A DNA stretch of 63,971 nucleotides, filler included, from Octopus bimaculoides (GCF_001194135.2; 5 parts of 5 records of this genome joined end to end with filler, not necessarily neighbours in it); one strand, 5' to 3'; positions 50,899-63,926 are shown, counted from the first letter of the whole stretch. Program-made: numbers and translations. Notes: a model not told the origin generated them from the sequence alone.

Positions 50899-51534
50899 CA
50901 TGTGTGTGTGTGGAGAAGGATATGTTTTAACAGAATGCAAACTTCATAGTGCTTGTTTACTGGGCGGTGGGGGTCAACCGAAGCAGCTGCAAATCAAACT
51001 CTTAAAGTGCATTTAATGACTGTGAAGCGTATACTAATCCTTCGCTACACATCTGACAACGAATACATAAACCCTCAATTCATACGTCACATCCTGACAA
51101 ACATGAACACTATGCTTACTTACTATCGCAATCTAGTGTGCCATGTCAATACATATAGCCTCTAACACCATATTATATCCCTCTCACATCTCCGTAAATA
51201 AGTAAACAAGCCAGTAGGCAGAGAAGAAGTAAATATTGTTCACAATTAGATTTAAGATAAGAAACCAGTGAATGAAGAAAGTTTGCAAGTCAGAATAAAT
51301 ATGTTGGGATATACCTATTCATATAAATCGTTATACTGAAGAAAAACGGTCTTTCTCTCCAACCTACTCTCTTCCACCCACATACACGCCTAAGGGAAGC
51401 AACAGAAGTGTGTATTCCTATATTCTGGTACTGGTTTGAATCATTAAACTACAGCCATTTAGTGGTTTACATTACCAGCTAATATGTACTTCAGTTTGAC
51501 ACACTGGCAAACAGATAGTCATATACACTCGCAT

Positions 51535-51802
51535 ATAACATAGTGGCTAGGGTGTTGCACTCACGATCACTGGTTCGTGATTTCAGTTCCTAGACTTGAG
51601 CAAAACACTTCATCAACCCGTTGCTCTGCGATCATTTCGACACCTGACGTGTGGTACACCGTGCACCTGTTCACGCAACGTCGATTTGAGGAAGGGAGTG
51701 TGTTAATGTGCAGCACGAACATTTCATCGCTATAAACAAATCATTTGTGCAATTAGTTCGGCAAAAAGCTGAATGCTCATACATTGTCTTCGGCAGGAGA
51801 AT
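51535..51802 (+). mobile_element. Probable further tRNA-derived SINE (family E)
   Basis: TAGTGGCTAGGGTGTTGCAC A-box-like head, CTTGAGCAAAACACTT body, CpG-rich relative to flanks. Confidence 0.5.
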
Positions 51803-51833
51803 CTATTATATATATATTTGTGTGTGTGTGTGT

Positions 51834-51875
<42 letters not shown>

Positions 51876-52401
51876 NNNNNNNNNNNNNNNNNNNNNNNNN
51901 NNNNNNNNNNNNNNNNNNNNNNNNNNNNNNNNNNNNNNNNNNNNNNNNNNNNNNNNNNNNNNNNNNNNNNNNNNNNNNNNNNNNNNNNNNNNNNNNNNNN
52001 NNNNNNNNNNNNNNNNNNNNNNNNNNNNNNNNNNNNNNNNNNNNNNNNNNNNNNNNNNNNNNNNNNNNNNNNNNNNNNNNNNNNNNNNNNNNNNNNNNNN
52101 NNNNNNNNNNNNNNNNNNNNNNNNNNNNNNNNNNNNNNNNNNNNNNNNNNNNNNNNNNNNNNNNNNNNNNACTTGCAGAAACTGTTACAGATGGATTGGC
52201 ATACGATATTCAAAAACAAAGGATGCATCAAGTATTTTTACCTTACATCTCTAAAAAAAATACAGGATTAGTCATAACTGAAACACCTGATAGTAGCTGT
52301 GCTCTGCAAGGGCTGACCCATGGCTAAACAGCTAAACCTCATTTTAATATGTGTGTGTGTGTGTGGTTTAATTAGTTGTAATCATTCTTAAACAACAGAT
52401 G

Positions 52402-52465
<64 letters not shown>

Positions 52466-52560
52466 GGCGTCTAAGAGTCCATAAGTCAGGTAAACATACA
52501 CTTGTATATCAGCTATTAAAGTGGGTATATTAATCGAATTGTTACAATATTATATATCCA

Positions 52561-52662
52561 TTACGGCCGATCTTACTAATCGGTTTCACTCAAGGGGTTC
52601 AACGGAGTATTAGGTAACAGTCTGATTATGTAACCCTGCGCTCATCAGAGGTAGCCGTTATG
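52561..52662 (-). ncRNA. Decayed hammerhead ribozyme motif with full stem III
   Basis: Minus: ACGGCTACCT-CTGATGA-GCGCAGGGTT..AACCCCTTGAGT-GAAAC-CGAT/ATCG-G-CCGT; cleavage triplet appears deleted. Confidence 0.4.
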
Positions 52663-52799
52663 GAATGAAATATGGCGACTGCTCTCTATTGTTGGAGATG
52701 CATAGACACATCCTGTTTGTGGTTGCTGTGAAACGGATGATTCCGATGGGATACAATGTGTACGCTGAAGGTAGAAAGCCAAACCAAATACCACAGGGT

Positions 52800-52920
52800 A
52801 ACTCTGTCGATCCACGGTGATTGGTAATTTATCGGTCCCGAAACAATGAAAGGCGAAATTGACCTCAGTGGGACTTGAACTCAAAGCGTAGTAAACCGGA
52901 ACAAATAAAGCAAAGCATTC
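52800..52920 (-). mobile_element. Degraded SINE family B
   Basis: GTAATTTATCGGTCCCGAAACAATGAAAGGCGAAATTGACCTCAGTGGGACTTGAACTC. Confidence 0.6.
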
Positions 52921-52969
<49 letters not shown>

Positions 52970-53069
52970 NNNNNNNNNNNNNNNNNNNNNNNNNNNNNNN
53001 NNNNNNNNNNNNNTTAATTAATTAANNNNNNNNNNNNNNNNNNNNNNNNNNNNNNNNNNNNNNNNNNNN

Positions 53070-53103
<34 letters not shown>

Positions 53104-53331
53104 AGACAGAGAGAGAGAGCAATGTATATTGTAAAAAATTTCATCATGTGAAATATTAGTCCCTTCTTTTTCATTGCCTGTTACAGACGCTATTTCTGTG
53201 TTCCTTTATGTTGAAGAGCGTAGACTCAAAATGTAAAAGACTTTCCCATTTCCCGTGTGTTAAACTAATACATCTATTTGTTGCTTACACACCCATCTTC
53301 ATCTTTTGTTTTGCTTTTTTTGTAAATTCCA

Positions 53332-53363
<32 letters not shown>

Positions 53364-54015
53364 CACACTCACACATATCATTTAATATATACAGTATAAA
53401 AATAAGAGCTACTAATAGTTTCTTGCTTTAGAGACATGGGTCTAGGCAAGTTTTTATAACACACCTTGTGTCTCAAAGCAATCTTCAGACTTTGACCGCA
53501 TGGTCTATTCCATTTGCAAATAAGGATGCTGGTATAAGAGAAATCACAAGAAAATATAAGAAGGTAGATGTTCCATAGCTGATTGTGCTGTTTCCATAGT
53601 GACCAAAGATGCTGCACATGCACACAAGGTGTGTAACCACCACTTATTCTATAATTGTTTGTTTTCATAACAGATGGAACTCACACTCAACAATTTAAAT
53701 TTAATGTTTTGACATGCCAATACCCCACCCCCGATTATAGATGATGCAGCAAACACACTGTTTTCTGATTGGCTGAAAATTCTGAAAATTATCAAACTTT
53801 GAACACCCTCTAACATTTTTGCAAAATGTTTCTGGAATAAATGAATAACAAATTCAGATTCAGCATTAAAAATTATATCTATAGGATACATTAAAACATT
53901 TTTTTGAAGATAATTGTAAACTGTGATGAAAACCACAAAGATCTGAAATTTGTCCATATCCTTGCATTTGCTGAAATTTTAGATCTAAAAAGAATGTGTG
54001 ACCTTTCAGCTACAC

Positions 54016-54270
54016 TTAAATTGCCTTTTTAGATCCATTAACATATGGCATGGATTTCTCTAAGATTCTCCACTTGATTGTATGTGTTATGCAGTTGGTA
54101 TACAAACCCCATACATGGTTAGCCAACTTAGTGGTTTTACTGTTGCTGATGTGCTGGAAAGAAGATAGGTGGTTTGCATAACATCTTTTGAAATCACCTT
54201 CACATAACTTGATGTTTTTCTTTTTGGTTAGGTTATCTTGAAGCATTACTGTGTCTTCTGCCTCATATCA
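54016..54270 (-). mobile_element. PLE GIY-YIG endonuclease fragment (same type as 6050-6790)
   Basis: KLCEGDFKRCYANHLSSFQH..TTKLANHVW..IKWRILEKSMPYVNGSK. Confidence 0.8.
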
Positions 54271-54291
54271 TACATACATACATACATACAT

Positions 54292-54328
<37 letters not shown>

Positions 54329-55309
54329 TGCATGCATGTATGTTCTCTTTCTCCTTTTAATTTTGAGTAAATTTTAACTGGTCATTTAGTTAGTAGCAAG
54401 GTTGTGATTGAAAGTATCTTGTTTTAACCACCATCCTTTAAATCTGAAGAAGATCTTGCAGATTTTTATAGTCTCAGATATTGTGATCAGTTGTAGCATG
54501 TATGTATGCATACATAATGCATGTATACATGATTAATGTTTAGATGTTCTTTACTATTATATCTTTCTATGCAGTTTGAATTCAAATCACCTAATAGTAG
54601 TAACTATTATATCCCTATGTGTGTTCAGTATTTGGTTTTAATTTCTACTACTAATATATCCATATCTCCCAATGTGGTCCCCATCTAAATCAATCTGTAT
54701 TTGAGTGTATTTGAAACTATTGTGATATTTATCAATATCTGAAACAAAACTGTTTCAATAAAACAATGAGAATGAACATTACTTATGTTAACTGTTATAT
54801 TGTTGTTTTGAAAGAGTTTTCTTTTGGCCGAATTGATTTTAGATTTAGGAAAACCTGTATTTCTACTGTATTGCACAACACATTTGTAAAGAATTACTTT
54901 GAAATACTTTTCAAAATTAAACCACTAAAAAATAAAAATGGTAACTTTGGTGGTTTCTAAAATAGTGGAACAGACACACTCAAAGAGAGCATAAACCAAT
55001 CAAAATAGGATAAAAACAGAGGCAGCGAGGTGTTTTCTGGTGTGTTTGATATTTTTTTCTCATTTGGATAGTGGTAGTGATGATGATGGTGGTGGTGGCG
55101 GTGGTGGCAGTGGTACCAAAAAGAAAAAAAAACACTTGAATCATATATAAAAATGTAATTCTTGGCTGCAGCAGCAGGAATGTTTATTTTTGTTTTCTGT
55201 TTTTTTACTTCAATGGAAATATAGATTTACACTGATCTCTACTGAAAGATACCAACGTAGAAGAACACAAAAAAGATTACTTTCCAAAACTGAAGCACTT
55301 ACAGTTACC

Positions 55310-55845
55310 ACACACATGCATGCATACACACACACTCATACACACACACACACATGTATGCACACTGATATATACACATACACACCGTCACAATCATTTT
55401 ATAGCCATTTTTTTTTGTATTGGCATGTGTTGGCCAAGTCACAAAGCACTGCATCTTACATCCACTTCCGCACACATACACACACTCACAGAACATACAC
55501 ATATACATGCACATGTATGCACACTCACATATCTCCTTACACACACCTGCTAACACACTCACATGCATGCTCACATACATTTATGCATACATTCTCATAC
55601 ACACACTGATATACATACACGCACATATGCAAACAGCTTACATACATACACACTCGCATACAAATACATGCACGCACATGCATGCATGAGTGTGTGTATA
55701 CAAGTTCATACACATACCCACCTGCACACATACCCACTTAAGTGCACACACACACACACATTTACACATACACACATACATATCCACTTATGCACAGACA
55801 CATGCGTGTTCACACACATACATGCACATAGATACATTCACACAC
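55310..55845. repeat. Degenerate (CA)/(CATA) low-complexity tract
   Basis: Direct reading. Confidence 0.9.
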
Positions 55846-55849
55846 ATGT

Positions 55850-56233
55850 TCCTATTCTTTTATTCTTTTATTTGTTTGTCATTTGACTGCGGCCATGCTG
55901 GAGCACCACCTTTAGTCAAGCAAATCGACCCCAGGACTTATTCATTGTAAGCCTAGTACTTATTTTATCAGCTTCCCTTGCCGAACCACTAAGTTGTGGG
56001 GATGTAAACACACCAACATCGGTTGTCAAGTGATGCTAGGTGGGGGGACACAAACATATACACACATATATATATACATATATATGCGACGGGCTTCTTT
56101 CAGTTTCCGTCTACCAAATCCACTCACAAGGCTATAGTAGAAGACACTTGCCCAAGGTGCCACGTAGTGGGATTGACCCCGGAATCATTTGGTTGAAAAG
56201 TAAGCTACTTACCACACAGCCACTCCTGCGCCT
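55850..56233 (-). mobile_element. SINE family A
   Basis: Reverse of family A, nearly full length. Confidence 0.85.
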
Positions 56234-56561
56234 ATGTTTGTTAACAATTTACATTCATATATTGATGGTTATATAGCAGTTTGAAATACATTTCAATACA
56301 TTGATACAGCTGGCACTGTACATCTTTACCTTCTTCAGCTGTCAACTGAAAATCACAGTAGTTTTGATTCCCATCAACATTATTCCTCCCGCAAACTGTG
56401 CCATGCAGCATTGATACTATCAAGAAATGTCCAGGTTGTTTTAGCTTACTTGACACATGATAATACACATCCTTCCATCTATGTAAAAAGAAACCTTTAT
56501 CAAACCACAGACAGATTTAACTCCCCAGTGATTATTTTGTTTATTTCCTATTGCATGACAT

Positions 56562-56790
56562 CTTGGGCAAGTGTCTCATTTACTATAACTGAGGGCTGAC
56601 CTGAAACTTGTGAGTGGATTTGGTTGGCAGAAACTGAAAGAAACTTGTGTGTTTGTGTGCGCACGCGTGTGCATGTGTGAGTTTTCCCTTGACCCACTGC
56701 TTGACAACTGATGTTGGTTTGTTTTAGTTCTTCATAACTTGATGGTTCAGCAATAAAGACAGATAAATCAAATACCAGACTTAATAAGTA
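56562..56790 (+). mobile_element. SINE family A, partial; remainder probably at about 58350-58435
   Basis: CTTGGGCAAGTG..GAAACTGAAAG..AATAAATCAAATACCAG before the mariner; GATTTGTTCAACTAAA..CAGCATGGCTACAGTC..GACTGAAAC after it, so the mariner appears inserted inside the SINE. Confidence 0.65.
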
Positions 56791-58344
56791 CAAAGGTGGG
56801 CTGAAAAGTTCATAGACTGACTATGAAGGAGTGATACTAGAGCTGTGAATTCTTTCATACATTAATTTCAACTCTTCTTATTAATGACTGCATTGCTTAT
56901 TTCCAGGTAAACTGATATCTGACTGTTCAAAGAAGATTTTAACATTAACTGGTAGTGACTTTTCTTCAAAATGGACACAATTTGGCATTGTGGTGTTATC
57001 AAGTACCTGCAAAAAAAAAAAAAATGGTTTAGCCCCCAACAACATTCACATGATTCCTACTTTTGAGGAAGATACTCCCTCTTTATCAACAATGCAAAAG
57101 TGGGCAGCTGAATTTTGGAGGGGAAGGGAGAATCTTGAAGATGACCCAAGCACTGGATGTTCTGCAACTGTCACCATTGAGAAAAACATTGTATTCACCA
57201 CATGGTGATGGATGACAAGTGATTGATGATAATCAAAAAGTCAATGCTATTAGCATAGCCCATGAGAGAGTTGAGACTATTGTGTACAATGAACTTAACA
57301 TGACAAAGTTTTCTGCTCAGTGGGTGTCATGTCTTCTGACACCTGATCAAAAGTGCATCAGGCTGATCACATCACAAGAAAATCTGACATTGTTTGAGGC
57401 AGATTCAACTGGTTTCCCTGAATGTTTCTTAAGCCAGGATGAGTGTTGGATTCAACACTTTGATCTAGAGACAAAGAGACAATTCATGAGGTAGAAACAC
57501 CGCATCTCACGTGTTCCAAAGGTGGCCACAGTCGTTTTATCAGCAAGGTAGTTGATGACCTCAGTTTTTTGGGATGCAAAAGGCATTGTGTTTACTGACA
57601 ATTTTCAAAAGGGCCACACCATTAAAAGAGAGTACTATGCCAACTTGCTGAGGCAGTTATGAAAGGCTATCAAGACTAAATACCCCAAAAAACTGATGAA
57701 AGAGGTCTTGCTTCTTCAGGATAATGCTCCAGTAAACAAGTCTGTTATATCCTTATGAATAAACAAATACACTGCAACAGTGTAATAGTAATATAATCAA
57801 AACAAACATCAGTAACCACATGGAATGTAACGGCAATCTTTTAAGAACCAACAATCCAACATGCTAACTCGAACTGTAAACTTTGAACTATCAACACATG
57901 AACTGTGGAACTTGCATGAACTACCTCACTTACTCAGACCACTACTATTTATGTGTAGTGGTTCAGTCCATTCTTGCCAGGGGGCTTCATACTCTCACAC
58001 AACAAATTCCTTGGTTTCAATGTCTGTTGTACATGACTGTGGTTTTGATCTAGTTAATCAACCTCTCTATTCTCTTGATTTGACCCCTCTGATTATGATC
58101 TGTTCCCCACCATGAAAAAACACTTGGCTGGGAACAAGTATCATAGTGATGATGACATCATAACTGCTCTTGATGGCTCTTTTGACCAACAAGACAAAAG
58201 CTTCACCAATGGGATCCAAGCACTGCCACACAAATGGAAGAAGTGTGTCGACCACAAGGAGGACTATGTTGAAAAATAAACCTCATTTAGTTACATTACA
58301 TGAGAGTATCTTGGTCAGCTGATGAAATTTTCAGCTAACCCTTG
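56791..58344 (+). mobile_element. Full-length degraded mariner with TIRs and TA TSD
   Basis: TA|CAAAGGTGGGCTGAAAAGTTCAT...ATGAAATTTTCAGCTAACCCTTG|TA; peptides KWAAEFWRGRENLEDDP, QDECWIQHFD, QDNAP, YSLDLTP, KWKKCVDHKEDYVEK. Confidence 0.85.
57743..58004. mobile_element. Solo LTR (262 bp) inserted in the mariner
   Basis: TGTT...AACA termini; 5-bp TSD AAGTC/AATTC (1 mismatch); mariner frame resumes on either side. Confidence 0.65.
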
Positions 58345-58439
58345 TATTGTGTTGATTTGTTCAACTAAAATTCTTCAGGGTGGTGCCTCAGCATGGCTAC
58401 AGTCCAATGACTGAAACAAATAAAAAATAAAAGATACCT

Positions 58440-59230
58440 CCACTCTATCCATGGTAAACCTCTTCTTTCTTCTGCAACCCTCAAACCTGTTATTATTCAT
58501 AAGTCTGATACTTCCTATATATGACATCATGGACCTAGCTACAAAGCTACATCCTATCTCTGTTGGAACTACTGCACATTCCTATCCATGTCTTTCTCAT
58601 ACCACTATGTTCTTCATGTTTTAAACACTTCTTTTCATCTGCCTACTTTATATTCTCAAGGAACCATTAACCTTATGAAAACTTCCTTTGTCAGATCAAA
58701 CCATACAATTATATCATATTACTCCACTTGGAAACATGATTGCTTCCTTCAGATCTGCTCATCTTCTGAGTTATTAGCATCATCCAGAAATCAAAGTCAT
58801 GTCTTTCCTTTCTCTACACTCTTCTATTGCTTTTTTTTTTTTTAACCTCCCTTATGGAAGACAACTAGTTGTATCTTGGTGTTGATTCTCACTATATTGA
58901 TAATGTAGCATTGATGTTCTAGTGCTATAGCAAGACTGTTAAATACCTGGTTATTCTACCATAGATAACTAACGTGTTGTCTGTATATGTTCCAGTGTCA
59001 ATTAATTGTGTTGATCCACTATTCATTCTTTGCCAGAGAAATACATCAATCTCAACAGAAATTGCAAGTTGCTAGCTCCATTCCTCACATAATGCTCTCC
59101 ACTAACTTTCTTCACTCTGCTGTCACTTATACTGCACATTATTTTCCTAACACTGTTGTTTTTGTCACTCATTTTCCCTTTTCAATTTCACAAATTTCTC
59201 TGATCCTGACAATATAATCAACCATTCTTA
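58440..59230 (+). mobile_element. Possible highly degraded CR1/L2 LINE 3' region
   Basis: Weak motifs CSSSELL and YSFF/YFPNTV reminiscent of CR1-group C-termini; no intact frame. Confidence 0.25.
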
Positions 59231-59494
59231 ATCGGGAGAAAATATCCATTTGTTATTATATGTCCTCATCCATCCAAGGTGAGTTCTTCACAGCTCCAGT
59301 CATTTCTTTTCATTTCTAGCTAGAAATTGGGCACATGAACAGATTTCCTTGCATGCAGTTTATTTCTTGTCAACATTATAGGCTGTGTTCAACGCAGTAA
59401 CAGGGTTCAGGACGAGAAAGATGAAAGGGATAGAAGTGGAAACACTGCAAGTGAGAGAAAGTGAAAAGGCAGAGAGCAATGGGTGATTGAGATA

Positions 59495-59585
59495 GATAGA
59501 TAGATAGGTAGGTAGGTAGGTAGGTAGGTAGGTAGGTAGGTAGGTGGTTGGGTAGGAAGATAGGTAGGTAGGTTGATTGATTGAT
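59495..59585. repeat. Compound tetranucleotide repeat (GATA)n/(TAGG)n/(GATT)n
   Basis: Direct reading. Confidence 0.9.
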
Positions 59586-59864
59586 TGAGTGATGGATACA
59601 AAGAATGAGTGGTAAAGATAAAAGTAACATTAGAGAGTGATATTAATGAAGATGGATAGATACATATATATACTGATGGCACTCACACATACATACACAC
59701 ACACACACACGTGTTCACACATACACACTCATTTAAATGATCAAATTGGTGATCAATCTGTGAAATAAACAGCAGAAAAAATAATTATGGTCTATTCCAT
59801 TTTAAAGTGGATAACTTTTCAGTAGATAATTGGAATTAATCAATAATAGAGGCCTCCATAAATA

Positions 59865-61152
59865 TCAGGTCATCCCATAAGTTCTGTCCGATTTTACCTT
59901 TATTAAAATTGAATGAAATTTAATAGTATTTTAGACTGTCTAATGGAATTAAAAATTATTTTTATTTATTTGTGTACATTTAAATTAATTAAATATTATT
60001 TTACTGAATAATAGAATTAAAATTTCTTTGATTAAAACCCTTTGTAATATGGAAGTATCCAAAGGGCATTTAAGGCACATAATGCTTTATGAGTACAAAA
60101 AAGGAAACTCTGCAGCCGAAGCGACTCGAAACATACACTCAGTTTATGGGAAAGAATGTTTGAATGAAAGAACTTGCAGAAGTTGGTTTGCAAAATTCAG
60201 AAGTGGAGATTTCAGCCTTGAAGATGAAGATCGAACAGGACATCAAGTTGAGTTTGATGATAAGCTCCTTAAGGCAATACTTGAAGAAAATCCTGCATTA
60301 TCAGCTGAAGAATTGGCAATAAAGCTTAGTTCAAACCACACAACAGTTCATCGTCATCTTCAACAACTTGGAAAGGTTCCTGAACTTGGAAAATGAGTGC
60401 CTCATGAATTGTCCGAAAGCAACCAAAAATCCTGAATTGACCTCTGTTCTTCTCTCCATTCTCACGAACTCATTTTACCCTTTTTGGATAGACTTGTGAC
60501 TGGTGATGAAAAATGGATCTTCTATCAAAATGTTAAACATCGTAAACTGTGGCTTGGTAAAAGGGAAAAAGCTCAACCACAACCGAGAAGGGAACTTCAT
60601 GGAAAAAAGGTTCTACTCTCTATCTGGTGGGATTGCAAAGGAGTAATTCACTTTGAACTGTTACCACCTAATGCAACAATCAATGCTCAAGTCTACTGTC
60701 AGCAATTAGAGCGTTTGAAGCAAGTTTTGGAGAAAAAAAGACCCGCTTCAGTGAATCGAAAAGAAGTGATGTTTCATCAGAACAATGTGCGACCCCACAC
60801 TGCAATGATCACACCACAGAAGATCGAAGAGCTTGGTTGGGAAAAAATTCCTCATCCACCTTATTCTCCCGACCTTGCTCCTTCAGACTACCATTTGTTT
60901 TGTAGTTTACAGAATCATTTGGGGGACATAACTTTCGCAAACCAAGAAGAGGTCGAGACTGACATTTCAGAGTTGTTCACTTTAAAAGCAAAAGAGTTTT
61001 ACATTGATGGAATTAAAAAGATTGTAAATAGATGGAAGAAAGTCATAAATAATCAGGGAAAGTACATTGATGATTAAATTTCAATTAAATATAACATTTG
61101 ATCACTTGTTTTCTTTATTCAAAATTTGGACAGAACTTGTGGGATGACCTGA
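59865..61152 (+). mobile_element. Full-length 1288-bp mariner (DD34D) with 25-bp TIRs and TA TSD
   Basis: TIR TCAGGTCATCCCA(T/C)AAGTTCTGTCC, 1 mismatch; TA at both ends. Confidence 0.95.
60049..61077 (+). pseudogene. Mariner transposase pseudogene (342 codons, Hsmar1/SETMAR-like DDD domain)
   Basis: Single frame; TGA at 60394 (W of WVPHEL) and 60433; VTGDEKW, FHQNNVRPH (second D>N), YSPDLAPSD with 34-residue spacing. Confidence 0.9.
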
Positions 61153-61518
61153 TATAACTCAAATTATATGAGTCCACCAAAAATGATTTAATGCAGGGTT
61201 TATGTAGGAATAGCTAATTAAGGTTCTTATTATAGGTGTTTATATAATGTCAGAGCAACTGGAAAAGGCATAATGATGGATCATGTATCAGTCTTTACAA
61301 GAAGTATTCTAGTTATTCAATCATCAAAACTGCATATCTAGTGTAGCATTTTATAAGTGTCTGAATATTCCACTTGATACATGCATATTAAATGTAATAC
61401 TTAGGCAAAATCCACATCACATACTGTATGAAAAGTTAGTGGAGCTTTAAATTGTAGTATTGGTCCCATACAACATGCACCTGCCTCATGTAACATTAGT
61501 GTTTGATTAGTACTCCCC

Positions 61519-61550
<32 letters not shown>

Positions 61551-61858
61551 TACACATCTGTTGTACATTTAACATAACAGTCAGGGTTAGACAGAATCAG
61601 TATGACACAGTGTGTGACAAAGTTATATATTTGAATTACAGGTTCAGTTCATAAAGTTTCCATCAGCATGGTGTCACTCACAAGGTATGGAATGACTTGG
61701 AGTTATAGAATATTTTGTTTACCTAAGATGTTATGCAGTGAGATCAAACCCAAGATCTTGTGGTTGCATGGTGACATTCTTAACCATTCAACCATACTAT
61801 GCCTATATAAATACATGCATTCATACAGAGATGTATATGCACATATTATATACATATA

Positions 61859-62220
61859 GGTGCAGGAGTGGCTGTGTGGTAAGTAACTTGCTTACCAACC
61901 ATATGGTTCCGGGTTCAGTCCCACTGTGTGGCACCTTGGGCAGGTGTCTTCTACTAAAGCCTCAGGCCGACCAAAACCTTGTGAGTGGATTTGGTAGACG
62001 GAAACTGAAATAAACCTTGCATATGTACGTGTGTGAGTGTGTGTATGCTTGTCGCTCAACATTGCTTGACAACTGATGCTGGTGTGTTTATGTACCTGTA
62101 ATTTAGCAGTTTGGAAAAAGAGACTAAAGAATAAGTCCTGGGGCTGATTTGCTCGACTAAAGACAGTGCTCCAGCATGGCCGCAGTCAAATGACTGAAAC
62201 AAATAAAAGAATAAAAGAAT
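61859..62220 (+). mobile_element. SINE family A, full length
   Basis: GGTGCAGGAGTGGCTGTGTGG..GGTTCAGTCCC..GACTGAAACAAATAAAAGAATAAAAGAA. Confidence 0.85.
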
Positions 62221-62344
62221 ATATACATACAAACTAGTATTCATACTTATATAGCTTTGAACATGTATGTCTGTCTGTCTGTTTGTATGTATCTATATAT
62301 GTTTTTGCCTCTCTGTCTGTTACATTCTAACTTTTCATCATCAG

Positions 62345-62700
62345 ACACAAGACCCCCTCCTCCAATACCCCCACCCCTCAAAATTCCTTGTCTTGCAAGT
62401 TACTTGGTGGCCCTGCTGGTGCTGATACCATGTAAAAAGCATCCAGTCCACATTGTAAAGTGGTTGGCATTTGTGAAGGAATTCAGCTGTGAAAATCATG
62501 CCAAAACTGACCTCACCTGTGCTAGTGCCACATAGAAAGCATTGAATCCACTCTGTGGCGTGGTTGGTGTTAGGAAGGGCATCCAGCCATAAAATCCCTG
62601 CCAAAACAGACACAGTAGCTTTGGGTGGTCTTTCTGGCCGGCTCCTGTCAACCGTCCTACCCATGCATGCATAGAAGATGGACGTTAAACAATGATGATG
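62345..62700 (+). mobile_element. RTE-tail-related repeat with internally duplicated module
   Basis: GGTTGGCATTTGTGAAGG and GGTTGGTGTTAGGAAGGGCATCC in tandem; ends GGACGTTAAACAATGATGATG. Confidence 0.7.
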
Positions 62701-62709
62701 ATTTTTTTA

Positions 62710-62755
<46 letters not shown>

Positions 62756-63029
62756 NNNNNNNNNNNNNNNNNNNNNNNNNNNNNNNNNNNNNNNNNNNNT
62801 TAATTAATTAANNNNNNNNNNNNNNNNNNNNNNNNNNNNNNNNNNNNNNNNNNNNAAAAAAAATGAATAATGCAATAAATAAATAAATAAATATATAAAT
62901 AAGGCAATAAATGGTTCATGGGACAAAAATAGTGAAATATCGTTCTATTTCCGGCTTTAGTTTGGGATGTCTCACATTCGACATTTCCATTGAAACGTTT
63001 ATCATATCGGGTTAGTGGAACTGGCACCA

Positions 63030-63290
63030 ACCAATCAATTTACACATACATTCACACATACATACACACATTCGTACATGCATGCATACATGCATACATA
63101 CATACATACATAACTACATACATAACTACATACATAAATACATACATACATACATACATACATANNNNNNNNNNNNNNNNNNNNNNNNNNNNNNNNNNNN
63201 NNNNNNNNNNNNNNNNNNNNNNNNNCATACATACATACATACATGCATACATACATACATACATACATATATAGACAGACGTACATACAT
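63030..63290. repeat. (TACA)n microsatellite with gap
   Basis: Direct reading. Confidence 0.9.
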
Positions 63291-63926
63291 ACAAACTCAA
63301 AAATATATAAACTTATTACAAATATATGTATATATGTGTTCACTGTGCTTTCTGTTTGAACTACAAAATATTTAAAGGTGCTCTATATATCGTCTTCAGA
63401 GACGTTTGGAACACAGTACAACACAATACACGCATTCATTCACAGATACTCACATAATCATTAACATAGACATAGTTATGCTAATGTTCGCCACATATAC
63501 AGACTTACGCACAAAGCCATATTAGATACAGATATATTATGTATATTAGTATAATTCTCTATTTGGTAATGAACTCATGCTTACATGAATTTATGTATAA
63601 ACGTGCACATATACATTTATTGTCAGATCTAATTATCAGGTCTGGTTGTTGAGAGCAAAAATGATGAAGGAGATGATGATGATGACGACGATGATGATGG
63701 TGATAGTGGTGGTTATGGTGGTANNNNNNNNNNGATGATGATGACGACGATGATGATGGTGATAGTGGTGGTTATGGTGGTAATTGTAATGGTGATAATG
63801 ATGACAATGACGATGAACATGATCATGATGATGATGACGAGGAAGAATGTAGGCAGGATATAAATAAGAACAATATCAGAAAAACAATAACAGCAAATAT
63901 GTATAAAAGTAATGATTTACCAGCTA

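Noticed and set aside
60049-61077. SETMAR gene call
   Set aside because: No SET domain; has TIRs, a TA TSD and nonsense codons, so it is a transposon copy.
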